Shown: positions 12,990 to 24,760, counted from the first letter of the whole stretch. The stretch: DNA of 63,284 nt, filler included, from Octopus bimaculoides (GCF_001194135.2; 5 parts of 4 records of this genome joined end to end with filler, not necessarily neighbours in it); one strand, 5' to 3'. Numbers and translations: made by a program. Notes: generated by a model from the sequence alone, not told the origin.

Positions 12990-13782
12990 CTTTTAGAGAA
13001 AAACAAGTTTACAATAAAAACACACTGGAAAGCCATTATGAAGGACATATTTTTGTAATGTTGTTGATAACTAATGTTCACTGGCAGAGGCTGGACAGCT
13101 CAACAGGATCCAACAAGTCTGGAGGATCATGTCTTGTTCCCATGTTCCAGTTTGGGTTGGGTCTCTATAGCTGAATGTCCGGGTTTATGCTGACCCCGTT
13201 TCAGAATATAATGTGCGCTTTGCTTTTACTGTGCCATCAACATTAGGGAGGTCCACTTGTCACTTGCGATGCTACACAATCCAAAGAAACCTCTAAGGAC
13301 TGAAATGTATATATAGACATTTAAATCATCATCATCGTCGTCGTCGTTTAACATCCGCTTTCCATGCTTGCATGGGTTGGACGGTTTGACTGAGGACTGG
13401 TGAAACCAGATGGCTACACGAGGCTCCAATCCGATTTGGCAGAATTTGAATTTAGAAGGAAATGAGGGACAAGACGCCATTATTTTCTCTGGTGTGTTAA
13501 CGATTCTGCCAGCTCACCACAAATATTGATCAATAAAAGATGGCCAAGCAATGTTTCCTATAGTTTTTCACAATTTCTAACTTAGAAACAGCTTTTTTTT
13601 TTGTAAAAGTGTCCCTGTGAAGTAGATCAGTGATTGTTTGATTATCTCCAAGTAAGAGATCAATACAAAAAAAAAAAAAAAAAAATCACAAAGTTAAAAA
13701 GATTGAGAAGCACAAACTGAAGTAATAAGTAATTAAGCTGTCCATAATTATAAAATTATATTTGAATGAAAATAGACCAAAC

Positions 13783-13852
13783 CTGAGCTTTTTGGACAGG
13801 ACTTGACTCCAGCTGCCTGGGGCAGCACAAAGATCAACAACCTTCTGAACAC
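13783..13852 (-). CDS. FTSJ1: FTSJ1 coding exon 2 (SAM-binding motif)
   Basis: tag|GT GTT CAG...CTC AG|gtttg, 70 nt. Encodes (G)[22 protein letters not shown]; DLCAAPGSW is the RrmJ/FtsJ SAM-binding motif. Missed by the ORF track. Confidence 0.96.
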
Positions 13853-14504
13853 CTATAAAGAAAGAATATAATTAAAGGTTATTATAACGGAATATGAGAA
13901 AATATTGTAATGGTTAACATTTATCAAATATTTTTATACACACATCATATACATATATATATATACACATATTTATTTACACATTTATACACATATCTTA
14001 TCCATTTATATGCATGTCATATACATACATACTCACACCATATATATACACATTTTATACATCATATATATTCATATACATCATCATCATTTGACGTCTG
14101 TTGTCCATGCTGGCATGGGTTGGACAGTTTGACCAGGGCTGGCAGGCTGCACTAGACCCCAGTCTGATTTGGCATGGTTTCTACAGCTGGATGCCCTTTC
14201 TAATGCCAACCACTTTTGAGTGTAATGGGCGCTTTTACATGACACCAGCATCAGTCACATTGCCTCTGTGAAGCCCAATGCTCAAATGGTGTTTTTTACA
14301 TGCTGGTGACACATAAAAGGCACCCACTACACTTTCAGAGTGGTTGGCATTAAGAAGGGCACCCAGCCATGGCAATCAAGCCAAATTCAGATTGGAACCT
14401 GGGGCAGCTCTCCAGCTTACCAGTTCCAGAAACAAAAGCAGTAAATTGAGTTGTCTTTACACAAGACTGTCCTCTCATCCTAAGATATGAAACAGGGAAC
14501 TTAC

Positions 14505-14625
14505 CATCAAAGATCTTGAAGTCATCATTGATCTGGAGTAATTTGAAAGCACTGCGAGCCCTCCAACCTTCCTCTTTTGCTAAACGGTAATAAACATCTC
14601 GCTTGTCTTTTGATGAACGTCCCAT
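14505..14625 (-). CDS. FTSJ1: FTSJ1/TRM7 tRNA (C32/G34) 2'-O-methyltransferase, coding exon 1
   Basis: [40 protein letters not shown] is the FTSJ1/Trm7 N-terminus, with the first catalytic Lys in SAFKL. 121 nt ending G|gtaag. An acceptor (ttttcttag|) at 14650 implies an upstream non-coding exon. Confidence 0.97.
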
Positions 14626-15780
14626 TCTTCAACAGATGGTAGCTGTGTCCTAAGAAAAGATATGTAGTGAAATAACTTGGAATTTTGGAATGCTACAAAA
14701 AAAAAAAAAAAACATGATGACGTATTCTTTAAAGTAATTCCAATCATTAATCTGGAGCTATGCTAGATTAGTAACTTTTAAAGTTTTGTACTTCCCCACC
14801 TGGTACTTGACAATTTATTTTATTGGTTGGTAAAAGATAACATGGCTGGTTGTAGCAGAACAAAATGAAAGCACATAAAACAAGGTACTTTTGTATATGT
14901 ACGTGGCCGTTGTCAGTACCGCCTGACTGGCCTTCGTGCGGGTGACACGTAAAAGCACCTACTACACTCTCTGAGTGGTTGGCGTTAGGAAGGGCATCCA
15001 GCTGTAGAAACTCTGCCAAATCAGATTGGAGCCTGGTGTTGCCATCCGGTTTCACAAGTACTCAGTCAAATCGTCCAACCCATGCTAGCATGGAAAGCGG
15101 ACGTTAAACGATGATGATGATGATGTATGTATATACATGTGTGTGTATCATCATCATCATGCTTTAATGTCTGCTTTCCATGCTGGCATGGGTTGGACAG
15201 TTTGACAGGCGCTGGCTAGCCAGACAGCTGTCCAGGTTCCAATTGTTTTGTTTTGGCATGGTTTCTATAGCTGGATGCCCTTCCTAATGCCAACCACTTT
15301 ATAGAGTGTACTGGGTGCTTTATACATGGCAACAGGGTGATGTTCTTAATATTTCATTTGAATATCTCTGTTCCTCTGTTGACGCAACAGATTGCCTTTG
15401 AGCTGTTTTACAATGTCTCTGGTTAATCAAACCCCAAATATTGTTGGCAGGTTTTGCTTTCGTTTTTCGAATAAAGGAAGTTGAAATGGAAAGAGGAAAT
15501 GCAATGTTTGCATTGGTGTTTAAACTCCAAGTCAATGCTAATCAGACTTATGATCAAAAGCGTTCTAACCATGACCAAACCCTTTTACTACAGAAATCAG
15601 ATATATCCACTCAAAATTGTATTACCTTTAATTGCCAAAAAGCTGTTTTATATACCAATTTATCTTTTTGTTAAGGAATGTCATTTTTGGAAATATATTT
15701 TTGTAGACATACATTAAATTTATTGAGGCAACACAACGTGCAGAAAATATCAATTCTCTTTTTGGTTGATATTTAACCTC

Positions 15781-15991
15781 GGTACTACTAAAGCAGAGTG
15801 GTCCCGAACGCGCACCCGCGCTAGCTAGTCGTGAGTGGTCGATCCTACAAAAGGTGCGCGTGCGCTAGTGTGTGAGCGCGCATGTGCAAATGAATACATG
15901 TGTTTAGGGTTAGGGTTAGGATCGACCACTCACGACTAGCTAGTGCGGACGCGCGGCTGCGCGTTCGGGACCACTCTGCTTTAGTAGTACC
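15781..15991. mobile_element. MITE, Merlin-like (alternatively MULE-like), with internal TTAGGG repeats
   Basis: Perfect 34-bp TIRs (GGTACTACTAAAGCAGAGTGGTCCCGAACGCGCA), a second perfect 27-bp inner inverted arm, and a 9-bp TSD tttaacctc at 15772-15780 and 15992-16000. Confidence 0.9.
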
Positions 15992-17684
15992 TTTAACCTC
16001 CTTACTTAATTAACTCTAAAATTTAATTTCATAGTTAAAGAGTTAATATATCACGGACATTTTTCAAGCATTTCAGGTGACTTAGCTGGTATTTCTAGCA
16101 GATCGAATGACCACACAGAGGCTCTCTCGTTACGGTATTTATTAGTGACGGTAGAAGAGTGAAGTAACTTCAACTGGAACTGCGAGATGTCTCTTCACCA
16201 AATATTGAAGACACACACTTTACACCTGGCAGGGGCAACATTATTCGAAAATAACAGCAAAGATCGGAACAATCACAATGGAGATGAATAACAAACAATT
16301 CTTGCGATAGGCTATACGGGTTAGAGTTGATGACACCCAGAACGACCTTGTTGATAGTAATTTGAAAAATAATCGATGGCGTGGTCATGTTTGGAAATTT
16401 ACAGTTGCATTGAAATATCTTGACTAGTGTGCAAAACCTACAGTGAAGCAGACAGTCAAATATTTGTTTTTGAACATGATTCGGACAGTATAAGTCTATT
16501 CTATGAGGACAGACATAGCGTTAAACATCAATTATAGAACCCGTGTAATATATCTCATAAAACCTTTCTTTATCTGTTGAACATTTAAACACCCGTAAAA
16601 ACAACATATGCCACATTTCATTTCATATATAACCTCATATATTCACATACATGAAATGTTATTAAGTATTTTAATGAATTTATTTTAATTAATCACTGCT
16701 GTTTGATGTTAGCTGGATTTAGTTAATTGGAAATCTCGTTACAGTAAATCAGTGATAAAGGAATAAAATAACAAAGGACTATGCAAAATACAATTATAGA
16801 ATGGTCAGACATAACCTTTAAGATAGCAACTAACAGAATCAAATAAAAATAATTATTTCTTTTAATTAATCAAATACACATTATATATAGAGAGAAACAT
16901 ACCTTGTGGTCTTTCATAAATATGGGCGGTGAAGTATAAAAAATAGTTCCTACTGAAAATATTAGAAGTGAAAGTAACGGCGTCACACTGCAACGCAATG
17001 AGAAATGCTGAAAGCTCATGTCAAAGATGCTTTTTTTGTGTGTGTGTTTGTTTGACATTGTGTGAAGACAGACGATGTATACTTTTCTAGACTTTTAAGC
17101 GTGTTTAAGTGTAATTATCTCATGGAAGCATTAGGCAATGAAAATCAGGGAACTTAACCCTAATCATTTGTAGGTAAAATATTCATATTTAATTAAACAC
17201 CCCAGTATGATGTTTATTGCTATGCTGGGCCAGCCGAGGAGATTATCAAAGCCCTGCATATCAGCTAAATCTTTCAGTTACCTTATCTTCCACTGTTCTT
17301 GTCTAGTTGTTCCACAAAGGTCAGTAACTTCCTTTTCCTCCTCTACAAATGAACAAATGATCGACCATGCCTGGTTTTTCTGTTTTCCCATGTATTATGG
17401 TTTTATGATGTTCCTCTAGTTTTACTTTCAGATGACAACTGAAATTCTATTACCACATCTACATAGAATGAAATACAAAACAGGTCTTGGCAATGATCTC
17501 TTCTGATGGAAGCTTTTTTTTGGGGGGGGGGATGAGGCCCATAAAGGTTATTTCATTTCATAATAGCTACCTCTGAAGAGTGCAGGGTTACATAATCAGA
17601 CTGTAACCCAACACTCTATTGACCCCCTAGTGTGAAACTGATCAGTTAGATTGGCCATAATGGATATATAATACTGTACACTTT

Positions 17685-17721
<37 letters not shown>

Positions 17722-18106
17722 CAGGGCTTAGAAAAATATTAAGGTCCGTTGCATTAAGTATGTGAATCTGAGAGGGGGAACATGTTGAATAAAATTTTAA
17801 TGAACTGATCCTCCTGTATTTTCTTTTACCCAAAGCCAGGAACTTTCAGCCCCCACCCACCCCCATCGTCGTACATATACACCGACATAGTTCCAATATA
17901 ATCGTAAGCTACATCATCTGAAAGGTAATCGTAGAAAACCTGCATTTCTGAAAGTTATGAGGGAAGAAATTCGATGGGGTGAGGCAAACTTGTATTGATA
18001 TGCTATCCAGCGTGTAAAAGGAGATCCAAATATTGTTTGACATAATTTGTGCAGTTGGTGCCAAACATTCGAACGATGTTCCAACCGTGACCATCTCGTA
18101 TGTTAG

Positions 18107-18584
18107 CAGTGATTCTCAAGCATATTTTGCCTATGAAGCCCCCACCAAGTTCCTGTTTTACCTGGATGAGCCCTCATAGCCATTCAATGATTAAAAAATC
18201 CTACTATAATTTTATAATTAAATATTATTAGTAATCGCATAACTCAGGGGTTTTCAAACTTTTTGACTTGCGAACCCCTTTATATTTCAGGCTTTACCTT
18301 AGGGACCCCCTTATAAACGCTTATGAAATTTATACATAAATATTTGCTTAAAATAACATATATTTTTACATTTATTTATTTAACAAATAGGTTTATTGTC
18401 AATTAAAAGATTTCGATTAAAATACATATATAAAATCAAATTGCCCATAAAAAGTATTTGCGGACCACAGTTTGAAAACCCCTGGCATAACTTGAAATAT
18501 GTTGTGTATTGTAGAATATAACCAATTTATTGGACATAAATTTTAACAACAAAATCTTATGTGGATTCTAGTTGAGAACCACTG
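18107..18584. mobile_element. hAT-like MITE (outer, older host of the inner MITE)
   Basis: Termini CAGTGATTCTCAA / TTGAGAACCACTG (1 mismatch in 13), typical of hAT/Charlie-type ends. The TSD is degenerate (tgttag / tgctag). Confidence 0.55.
18245..18484. mobile_element. hAT-like MITE (inner, younger)
   Basis: Perfect 16-bp TIR CAGGGGTTTTCAAACT and an 8-bp TSD gcataact at 18237-18244 and 18485-18492. Confidence 0.9.
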
Positions 18585-19885
18585 TGCTAGATTATGCAAC
18601 GTGTCTTGTCCTTTCATTGCTAGTATAGAGTGAGCTGAGGGAGATTTTACTGCAGTTTCTAGCAAGTCGAGCGACCACGTAGAGGCACTTTTGTTGGTTT
18701 GCGCGACTGTGTTTATTTATTGGAAGAGAATAATGACAACAGCAGTTTTGAAGAATTTCTTTGTTTGGGGTCCTCATCTAGTGGATGGAACCGTTTTAAG
18801 AGAAAAGCGTGTTTCTCAGACCTGGCGGAGCCAGAGTTTGAACAGGCGACCTTCGAGATAGATGGGGGGGAGTGGGGAGGAGATTTAGAAGAGACACAGA
18901 AAGATTAGAGAAAGAGAGGCGAGAGGAGAAAGAAAGAGAAAGAAGGAATTGAGAGAGGGAGAGTGAGAGAGAGAGAGAAAGCGAGAGAGAAAAAAATGAA
19001 GATGGGAAAGAGAGAGAAAGAAAGACGCGGGGGAGAAAGAGAGAGAGACACACACACAGAAAGAAAAAGACGAGAGATAGAGACAGAGAGTGTGTGTGTG
19101 AGAGAGAGAGAGAAGACTGGCCGTCAGAATTTCAAGTGAACAGAACGTTGGCCAGTCAGTGATGGAACCTAGGTGATCATACGAACTGCTAGAAATAGCA
19201 GCCAAATTACGCTATAATCCCAAACTCTCCCGACTTAAGGAGGTACACCATTAAATAATATAATGTTGAATATCCACTGTTAAACAGACTAAACAAAACA
19301 GATGGTCACGGATGGAGTGCATTTAAGCAGACGGAACACTGTAGCTTTTCCCATGATGCCTGCAACTTCCGTTAAATTTTTCTGACTTCTTTCTTTGAAG
19401 AGTTCCACATTCGAAGTCAGAAGGAATTGGACTTTCAACTTCCTAAAAATAATAAACACCAGACTAAGTCAATTAATAACTTTAAATCCTGTTTTATAAT
19501 TAATCGTCTGGATTAATTAGTTTATTGTCGTCATAATAACTTTGTCTTCGATTGGAAAATTCACTGGAATTATCGATTATTGAACAGAAAACCCCCCAGG
19601 AATATCAACCAAAACATAAACGGATCTTTAAACCTAAATAACTCTTGTCTGAAGAGTCGGATTATTTAATTAACCAGGTTTAATTTGAAACAGTTCTATT
19701 TGTATATAAATGTGACGGAGTAAACGGACTTATTGTAGTTTTTTTTTTTCTAAAAAAAAAAAAAAGGACTGGATCGAAGGAAATATTTAAAAATTAAGAG
19801 AAATCTTCAAAAGTGAATCAGCAACGACTGGAAAATAATTAATTTTTGAATAATCACCATCAATCGACCAAGTAATCAATCAATT

Positions 19886-21355
19886 ATGGTCCGTAAAAAG
19901 TTCGATCGAACTGTTGTGAAAAAATGTCCAAAATGTGAGGAACAAGTACCTGTTGCTTGTAAATTTTGTACCTGTGGACACCCGTTCGCTTCTCGGAATA
20001 AATTGCTTTTAAAAGAAGAAGCCGAGGAGGCGATGGGACTTTTGGATCGCTCAGACTTAAATAAGGACGACGAATCCCCAATGGACCGCCTGAGGCGACC
20101 CAGGAGGTTGAGTCGTGACAAACCTTCCTATTATGTGATTACTGAGATAAATCGCCATGTAAAGAGACCCCGACCAAAGGTGAAACCGGCGAGTAGCACC
20201 GATATGGGCGCTGTAGGTGAATTGGTTATACCTAAGAAGAAGAAACGAGGGCGACCGCGAGGTTCGGGTTCACGAAATAAAGCGAAACGGAAGACGATTC
20301 TTAAAGCACAGGCACCACTGCAACTTCAACAACCCAAACAGGAACCGTTGATTCTTCAACTCCCCAAACAAGAACGTCTGGAATCTTTGGAACAAGATTC
20401 ACCCCAAGCAACATCGTCGTCGTCGTCATCGTCGTCTTCTTCTTCGTCGCCACACACACCACCGTCTCAGAGTTATTACCACCAACTCCAGGAAATGGAA
20501 TTCTCCGACACCAAACTAGCCACGAGTCCCACACCTTCCCTCAGCATCGCCACCTCTTCAGGGATCGACAGAAAATTGAACCTGAGCAGCTCCTGTTCTG
20601 CGACCAGCAATACTTTTGGTAGTTCTAACCCGACCGCTGCCACTGCCTCCTCAAACACCAGCAGCACGGGGGAGATCTCCATCAAAATTGATAACCGAAC
20701 TTCTTTCTCTGCTGCAACACCGTCGCCACCGTTATCATCATCATCGTCAACATCATCAACATCATTGTCAGCCACAGCAGCCGCAGCAAACATCGGCAGC
20801 ACGAGCGGCAGCAGCAAAAACAAAGGCGGCGGCGGCACCACCGCCACCGCTGCTATTTCTTCATCAAGCGGCAGCACCAACAACAAGAACAGCAACAACA
20901 CCAATAATAATAATAATAATAATAATAACAACAACAACAGTAGCCAGAACAACAGCAGCAGTAATCTGATGATTATTAACAACAACAGCAACAGCAGCAT
21001 TAACAGCGTGTGCAGCGGCGGTAGCAGCAGCAGCAACAGCACCATCACCACGAATTACGGCACCAAAAACATTTCTAATAGCGACAGCAACAGCAATAGC
21101 ATTTCTATTAGCAACATTAACAACAACAACAACACCACTAATAGTAACAACTGCAATAACAACAACAACAACAACAACAACAGCAGTTGTAGTAGTAGTA
21201 GTAATAATAATAATAATAATAATGGTACCAGTAATAATAACGGGGCAGAAAAAGACATGTATTCTAACATCTCACCTGAAAGGGCTCTACAGTTTTATGC
21301 AATTTTGGCGGATTTGAACAGAAAAATCATTTCACAGTCATTTAAACCATGGTGA
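19886..21355 (+). CDS. C16orf87: UPF0547 / C16orf87 homologue: single-exon CDS with zinc ribbon, AT-hook and poly-S/poly-N linker
   Basis: 489-aa ORF. N-terminal KKCPKCEEQVPVACKFCTCGHPF is the UPF0547 zinc ribbon (human [23 protein letters not shown], from memory). C-terminal EKDMYSNISPERALQFYAILADLNRKII matches the human C-terminal [28 protein letters not shown]. Internal KKKKRGRPRGS is AT-hook-like. Confidence 0.9.
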   Translation: MVRKKFDRTVVKKCPKCEEQVPVACKFCTCGHPFASRNKLLLKEEAEEAMGLLDRSDLNKDDESPMDRLRRPRRLSRDKPSYYVITEINRHVKRPRPKVKPASSTDMGAVGELVIPKKKKRGRPRGSGSRNKAKRKTILKAQAPLQLQQPKQEPLILQLPKQERLESLEQDSPQATSSSSSSSSSSSSPHTPPSQSYYHQLQEMEFSDTKLATSPTPSLSIATSSGIDRKLNLSSSCSATSNTFGSSNPTAATASSNTSSTGEISIKIDNRTSFSAATPSPPLSSSSSTSSTSLSATAAAANIGSTSGSSKNKGGGGTTATAAISSSSGSTNNKNSNNTNNNNNNNNNNNNSSQNNSSSNLMIINNNSNSSINSVCSGGSSSSNSTITTNYGTKNISNSDSNSNSISISNINNNNNTTNSNNCNNNNNNNNNSSCSSSSNNNNNNNGTSNNNGAEKDMYSNISPERALQFYAILADLNRKIISQSFKPW

Positions 21356-21399
21356 AACGTTTTGGCATTCATTGTTTATAATATACACCTCCAGAAAAC

Positions 21400-21437
<38 letters not shown>

Positions 21438-22537
21438 TATATATGTGTGTNNNNNNNNNNNNNNNNNNNNNNNNNNNNNNNNNNNNNNNNNNNNNNNNNN
21501 NNNNNNNNNNNNNNNNNNNNNNNNNNNNNNNNNNNNNNNNNNNNNNNNNNNNNNNNNNNNNNNNNNNNNNNNNNNNNNNNNNNNNNNNNNNNNNNNNNNN
21601 NNNNNNNNNNNNNNNNNNNNNNNNNNNNNNNNNNNNNNNNNNNNNNNNNNNNNNNNNNNNNNNNNNNNNNNNNNNNNNNNNNNNNNNNNNNNNNNNNNNN
21701 NNNNNNNNNNNNNNNNNNNNNNNNNNNNNNNNNNNNNNNNNNNNNNNNNNNNNNNNNNNNNNNNNNNNNNNNNNNNNNNNNNNNNNNNNNNNNNNNNNNN
21801 NNNNNNNNNNNNNNNNNNNNNNNNNNNNNNNNNNNNNNNNNNNNNNNNNNNNNNNNNNNNNNNNNNNNNNNNNNNNNNNNNNNNNNNNNNNNNNNNNNNN
21901 NNNNNNNNNNNNNNNNNNNNNNNNNNNNNNNNNNNNNNNNNNNNNNNNNNNNNNNNNNNNNNNNNNNNNNNNNNNNNNNNNNNNNNNNNNNNNNNNNNAT
22001 ACACACACATATATATATATATCAAGCTCATAGATCCATACCCACTCCTGGATAATTAAAAAAGAATTATCGACACTTTATTAATTGATTTATCAGTCAT
22101 TTAATTTTTTTTTCTCTGGTTTAATGAAGAATTATTTTGATTTTATATTTTTGAATTTCAAAATAATTATGGAGAAAGTTGAAGTAAGAATCGAATTCTT
22201 GAGGTATTTTGTGTTGTTCTTCATATTTCCTTGTTTTCAATTCTAAATATTTGCCTTGTTTTAAATATTTATTTATTATTAATAATGGTAATAATAATCG
22301 TGCTGATTTTCCACCACGGAAGCAACACAGATAGTACACACACACGTGAACATTATTTGGACACATGAAAACATACATACATACATACATAAACACACAC
22401 ACACACACATATGTATATATATGTATATATATGTATATATATATAAACAGACACACACAAATATATATATATATAATTGTCTGGGGAGTGACATTTCTAA
22501 TTATTAGTTTGTATATAACGATTATATATGTATATAT

Positions 22538-22568
<31 letters not shown>

Positions 22569-23794
22569 AATATATGTGCTCCAATGCATGTTTCTCTAAA
22601 TATAACAGGGAACGTATAAATAGAATAATAATGATGATAATTATGATGATTACGAAGATCATAATCTTTGTTTGGAATTAAAGAAATAATTGAAAGAGGT
22701 TTTAAAGAACACAGACACACACATAAATAGTAAATTTAAAGAAAAAAACAACCTTTGCACGTCCCACAATTAACCAGGGTCAAGGAAAAAATTAAAATTA
22801 AAAATGAAATCAAGAAATAAAGTAATATCAGTTTATTTATGGTAGAGATACAACAATATCTCTTTCAACACACCACTTCACATCAGAAACCTTGCAAAAC
22901 AAATTCATAAACGGAAAGATATTTGTTTTTATCATTGAAATCTCTTCCACTTAGCTGTGTTGGATTTTTGCTTCAGGATCTAACTAATTAAAGGTTGCCA
23001 ATAATAATTGATAAGAATGAGGATGTTTCATTTCTAACTTTATGAATCATTAAAGAAAGAATTTTTATTTGAAATGTCTAATTTGATAGTGGTGATGTTC
23101 ATGTCTTTTCCGAAGGGTGTTTAGAATAATTAACAATAATGGGAAGCTTTGCTTGTTCTTATTTATTGTATCTGAAATATAATGGAATAGTTTGTTTAGT
23201 ATAAATACAATCTCTACGTTATATACAGGCATAATACATAATGCAAATTGAGATATATATATATATATATATATATATGTTTAAACTTTTGTGTGTATAT
23301 ATATATATATATATATATTAATTTGCATTATGTATGTGTCTGAAGTCCGATGATGGCTTAGCTGGTAGAAACTTCGAAATCACTGTCGATACTATCCTTG
23401 TTAAAGAATAAATAGTTCATTTGTACTTCACAAAAGTATGGAGTAACCTTCAGATTAATGTAAAATTGTTTTTATTATAACATAAAAACAAAACGTTAAT
23501 ATACACAAACGAAATTATTTTTATTATTTGAAAGAAGAAAGACATTCGTGTTGGAATTCAAGAGAAATGGTCGTTGGTTGGTTTTAAAAGCTTCCCAATA
23601 TTTTTAATTTTCGTTTTTTTACTTTTTGGAATCACACTCCCCTTTAAAAAAAAAAAAAAATTGCCCCCGACATCTGCTGAAAAAAAAAAAGACCCTCTAA
23701 AAGTTGGCACAAGCTTAATGATTTATATCTCATTAAATAAATTCTTCAAACTTGTCTAAATTCAATTGTGCTGAAACAGTGTAAGGTTAGAAAT

Positions 23795-23894
23795 NNNNNN
23801 NNNNNNNNNNNNNNNNNNNNNNNNNNNNNNNNNNNNNNTTAATTAATTAANNNNNNNNNNNNNNNNNNNNNNNNNNNNNNNNNNNNNNNNNNNN
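23795..23894. other. Assembly linker N44-TTAATTAATTAA-N44 (also 35954-36053, 51529-51628, 58281-58380)
   Basis: The same 100-nt block occurs four times. TTAATTAATTAA gives stops in all six frames and is a standard artificial contig joiner. Confidence 0.95.
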
Positions 23895-24760
23895 ATGACC
23901 TCTTTCCCCGCATATGTAGCAATTTGGTTTCCTTCCCTCGACTACAACATTTAGCGTTCTCTCATCCTCTACTTCTATCTGGTAGGGAATTCTTTCTATG
24001 TCCTCGAATGTGGCACACTTTTGTTTTCGCCACTAGTCCCAATTCCGGCTCCTCCTTGGTTGCAGCCAGCACTGTTGCAACCAACCACTCTGGTTTAATA
24101 TCTGGTGTAACTCTCGGAATTCGTATTTTTTACACTTCTTCTTCCTCTATAGCTTGGTAGCAATGCTATTTTCTCATTTCTTAATATGTTGGTTGCATGC
24201 TTGGTTGCCTCTTCTATAGTGGCGAATCTCACCTCAACCGCACCGAACTTTCTTCCTCTCTTGATGTATGTGGCTTCATTGACAATTTCACCGAGGCACT
24301 CCTCGATTTCTTCTTCCGTCACCATTTCAATTTCACAAAGGCCTGTTACACGTAAGTAGTTTGGGTGATGTTTCTGGTTTCTATAGATTTTGGGAAAAAA
24401 CCATTTCCTATCAGAGAGGCAGTCAGCTATTGTCAACAACTACTTTAAACTCCCCTGCTTTCAACTTAGTCGTTCTTGATAAATATTTTGAAGACCAATT
24501 GAGAACCTTTTGGTGGGGGGGGGGCTTTGGTTTATATTTCCAGTATATGGGTTAATATATCTGTTGTAACCGTGAGAAATTTTCCCGATGCTCTGTTCCT
24601 TGAATTGACTAATCTTTTCTGCTCTAAATTCCTCTAATTCTTTTCTTGCTCACCCTCTCTTTGTTTATATCATATTTTTACCATGTTCTCAATAAATATT
24701 CTGGCTGCAATGAAGCCTTTCGCTTCCTTGAAAGAACCATTGTCGTTTTGTGTTTCTGTA
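23895..24760 (-). mobile_element. Decayed gag/ORF1-like region of a retrotransposon with a zinc knuckle
   Basis: Minus-strand frames give ...EEEIEECLGEIVNEATYIKRGRKFGAVEVRFATIEEA... and EGRKPNCYICGERGH (start of a CCHC knuckle, cut off by an assembly linker). Frameshifted. Confidence 0.6.

Noticed and set aside
16170-16388. 72-aa ORF and a U1-snRNA-like string (tacacctggcagggg)
   Set aside because: The U1 resemblance stops after about 12 nt; the ORF has no recognisable homology. It may be FTSJ1 5' region but that is unsupported.
17575-17618. Short hairpin gagtg..gggttaca/tgtaaccc..cactc
   Set aside because: Only an 8+5 bp stem with no TSD, ribozyme core or other context.
20476-21270. Antisense and alternative-frame ORFs over C16orf87 (poly-Leu, poly-Val)
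   Set aside because: Shadow frames of the coding trinucleotide repeats.
23340-23400. Degenerate hammerhead-like strings here and at about 43225-43260 and 25040-25105(-)
   Set aside because: Core boxes are mutated (CCGATGA, missing GAAA, GGAA) and stem I cannot be formed.
23795-23894. Recurrent TTAATTAATTAA motif between Ns (four copies)
   Set aside because: Fixed N44-12-N44 geometry marks an artificial scaffold linker, not biology.
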